Shown here in pieces: positions 63,429-64,000 of a stretch of DNA of 64,000 nt (position 1 is the stretch's first letter; each line of letters opens with the position of its first letter). The notes under the pieces are model-generated. The model saw only the letters and a program-made list of their open reading frames with translations, did no database searches and had not been told where the DNA came from. The DNA comes from Nitrospira sp. (lineage in GTDB: Bacteria > Nitrospirota > Nitrospiria > Nitrospirales > Nitrospiraceae). The translations under genes and the position numbers were made by a program. The stretch spans positions 988 through 64,987 of the forward strand of contig JAEURV010000186.1 in NCBI GenBank assembly GCA_016788465.1, given 5' to 3'.

Positions 63429-64000
63429 AACTTTCCGCCTACATCATCGCTTACAACGAGGCCAAAAAAATTGCCGTTACTATCAACAGCGTGCTCTGGG
63501 CGGACGAAATCATTGTGGCTGATTCACACAGCACAGATGAGACTGCTCAGATCGCAAGGGACTTAGGCGCCCGCATCGTCCAGATTCCATTCCGGGGCTT
63601 TGGCCATCTGCGAAATCAAGCCATTCAATCTTGTACTCATGAATGGATTTTCAGCCTCGACACGGACGAACAGTGTACGCCGGAGGTTCGTGACGAAATC
63701 CTGAAGATCCTGTCCGGGACACCAATCCACGATGCGTATCTTGTGCCCAGGAAAAATTACTTCATGGGACGCTGGATCAAGCATTCCGGCTGGTATCCGA
63801 ATTTCCGCCAACCGCAACTATTCAAGAAAGGATGCATGAAATATCTGGAGTCGCCCGTCCATGAAGGCTACGAATTACTGACGGCCAAACCGGCAGGACG
63901 ACTGGAACATGCTATTTGGCAGATTCCGTTCAGAGATTTCGAAGAAGTTGTAAAAAAGGCCAATCGTTATTCGTCGCTTGGGTCAACCAAACTCGCCGAT
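63425..64000 (+). CDS. Glycosyltransferase family 2 (LPS-core WaaE/KdtX-like), 3'-truncated by window end
   Basis: My own translation from ATG 63425 (ATGA overlap with the ligase stop) is open to position 64000: MKLSAYIIAYNEAKKIAVTINSVLWADEIIVADSHSTDETAQIARDLGARIV..SLDTDEQ... Not in the ORF track because there is no stop within the window. Confidence 0.8.
   Translation, partial: MKLSAYIIAYNEAKKIAVTINSVLWADEIIVADSHSTDETAQIARDLGARIVQIPFRGFGHLRNQAIQSCTHEWIFSLDTDEQCTPEVRDEILKILSGTPIHDAYLVPRKNYFMGRWIKHSGWYPNFRQPQLFKKGCMKYLESPVHEGYELLTAKPAGRLEHAIWQIPFRDFEEVVKKANRYSSLGSTKLAD

Noticed and set aside
1-64000. Scan for rRNA, tRNA, CRISPR arrays, IS elements, integrases or prophage genes.
   Set aside because: I recognised no repeat-spacer periodicity, no tRNA-like cloverleaf sequence in the intergenic regions, and no transposase, integrase or RT-like ORF. 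A by-eye scan is not exhaustive, and tRNAscan, Infernal and ISfinder runs would be decisive.

Overview
This 64-kb window comes from a diderm (Gram-negative-type) bacterium. Hand counts on individual 60-nt lines give about 60% GC. The gene content gives me a Nitrospira-like impression, but I cannot verify that from the sequence alone.

Layout:
- 1-8 kb, minus strand: a PEP-CTERM secreted protein, an HD-domain dNTPase-like protein, a DUF2062 membrane protein, thiL, lon and galU.
- 8.4 kb to the window end: every supported gene is on the plus strand, forming one continuous outer-membrane/LPS super-locus.
  - Lipid A and Kdo: bamA, two skp/ompH copies, fabZ, lpxA, lpxI, a Gfo/Idh/MocA oxidoreductase, lpxB, msbA, a DUF374 acyltransferase-like gene broken at an A9 tract, waaA and lpxK.
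  - Core region: a WaaF-GmhB fusion, a methyltransferase, two further GT9 heptosyltransferases, and a 53-codon relic of a deleted GT9 paralog.
  - Regulatory node: a wHTH regulator, an Avd-like four-helix-bundle protein and a NusG paralog.
  - Sugar-modification block: NUDIX, a Wzx-like flippase, GT2, a B12-radical SAM enzyme, HddA-like kinase, Fcl/ColC-like reductase, a mini TPP E1 alpha/beta pair, a ColD-like 3-dehydratase, HddC-like guanylyltransferase and an SDR.
  - Visibly AT-richer ~13-kb island: wzm/wzt, a methyltransferase, GT2-like and GT-B enzymes, a TIR-like protein, a 1160-aa B12-radical SAM protein and an SDR.
  - Final block: further methyltransferases and glycosyltransferases, an asnB paralog, GT4, an SDR, a wecA/wbpL-type initiating transferase, an O-antigen ligase, and a GT2 gene cut by the window end.

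I recognised no rRNA, tRNA, CRISPR array, transposase or integrase.

Most interesting observations:
1. An unassigned ~50-aa module (GYN[IV][IV]..[FWY]Y[GA]xP..LG..D) recurs 8-9 times across four different enzymes of the AT-rich island.
2. The giant radical SAM protein has a Cx4Cx2C cluster motif and three to four copies of that module.
3. A lone ThsB-type TIR-like gene sits inside the O-antigen locus.
4. The gene set predicts a heavily modified (3-deoxy, C-branched, C-methyl) GDP-heptose-type sugar.
5. There is a GT9 deletion relic and a homopolymer frameshift.

All functional calls rest on motif and family recognition by eye. None has been checked against a database.
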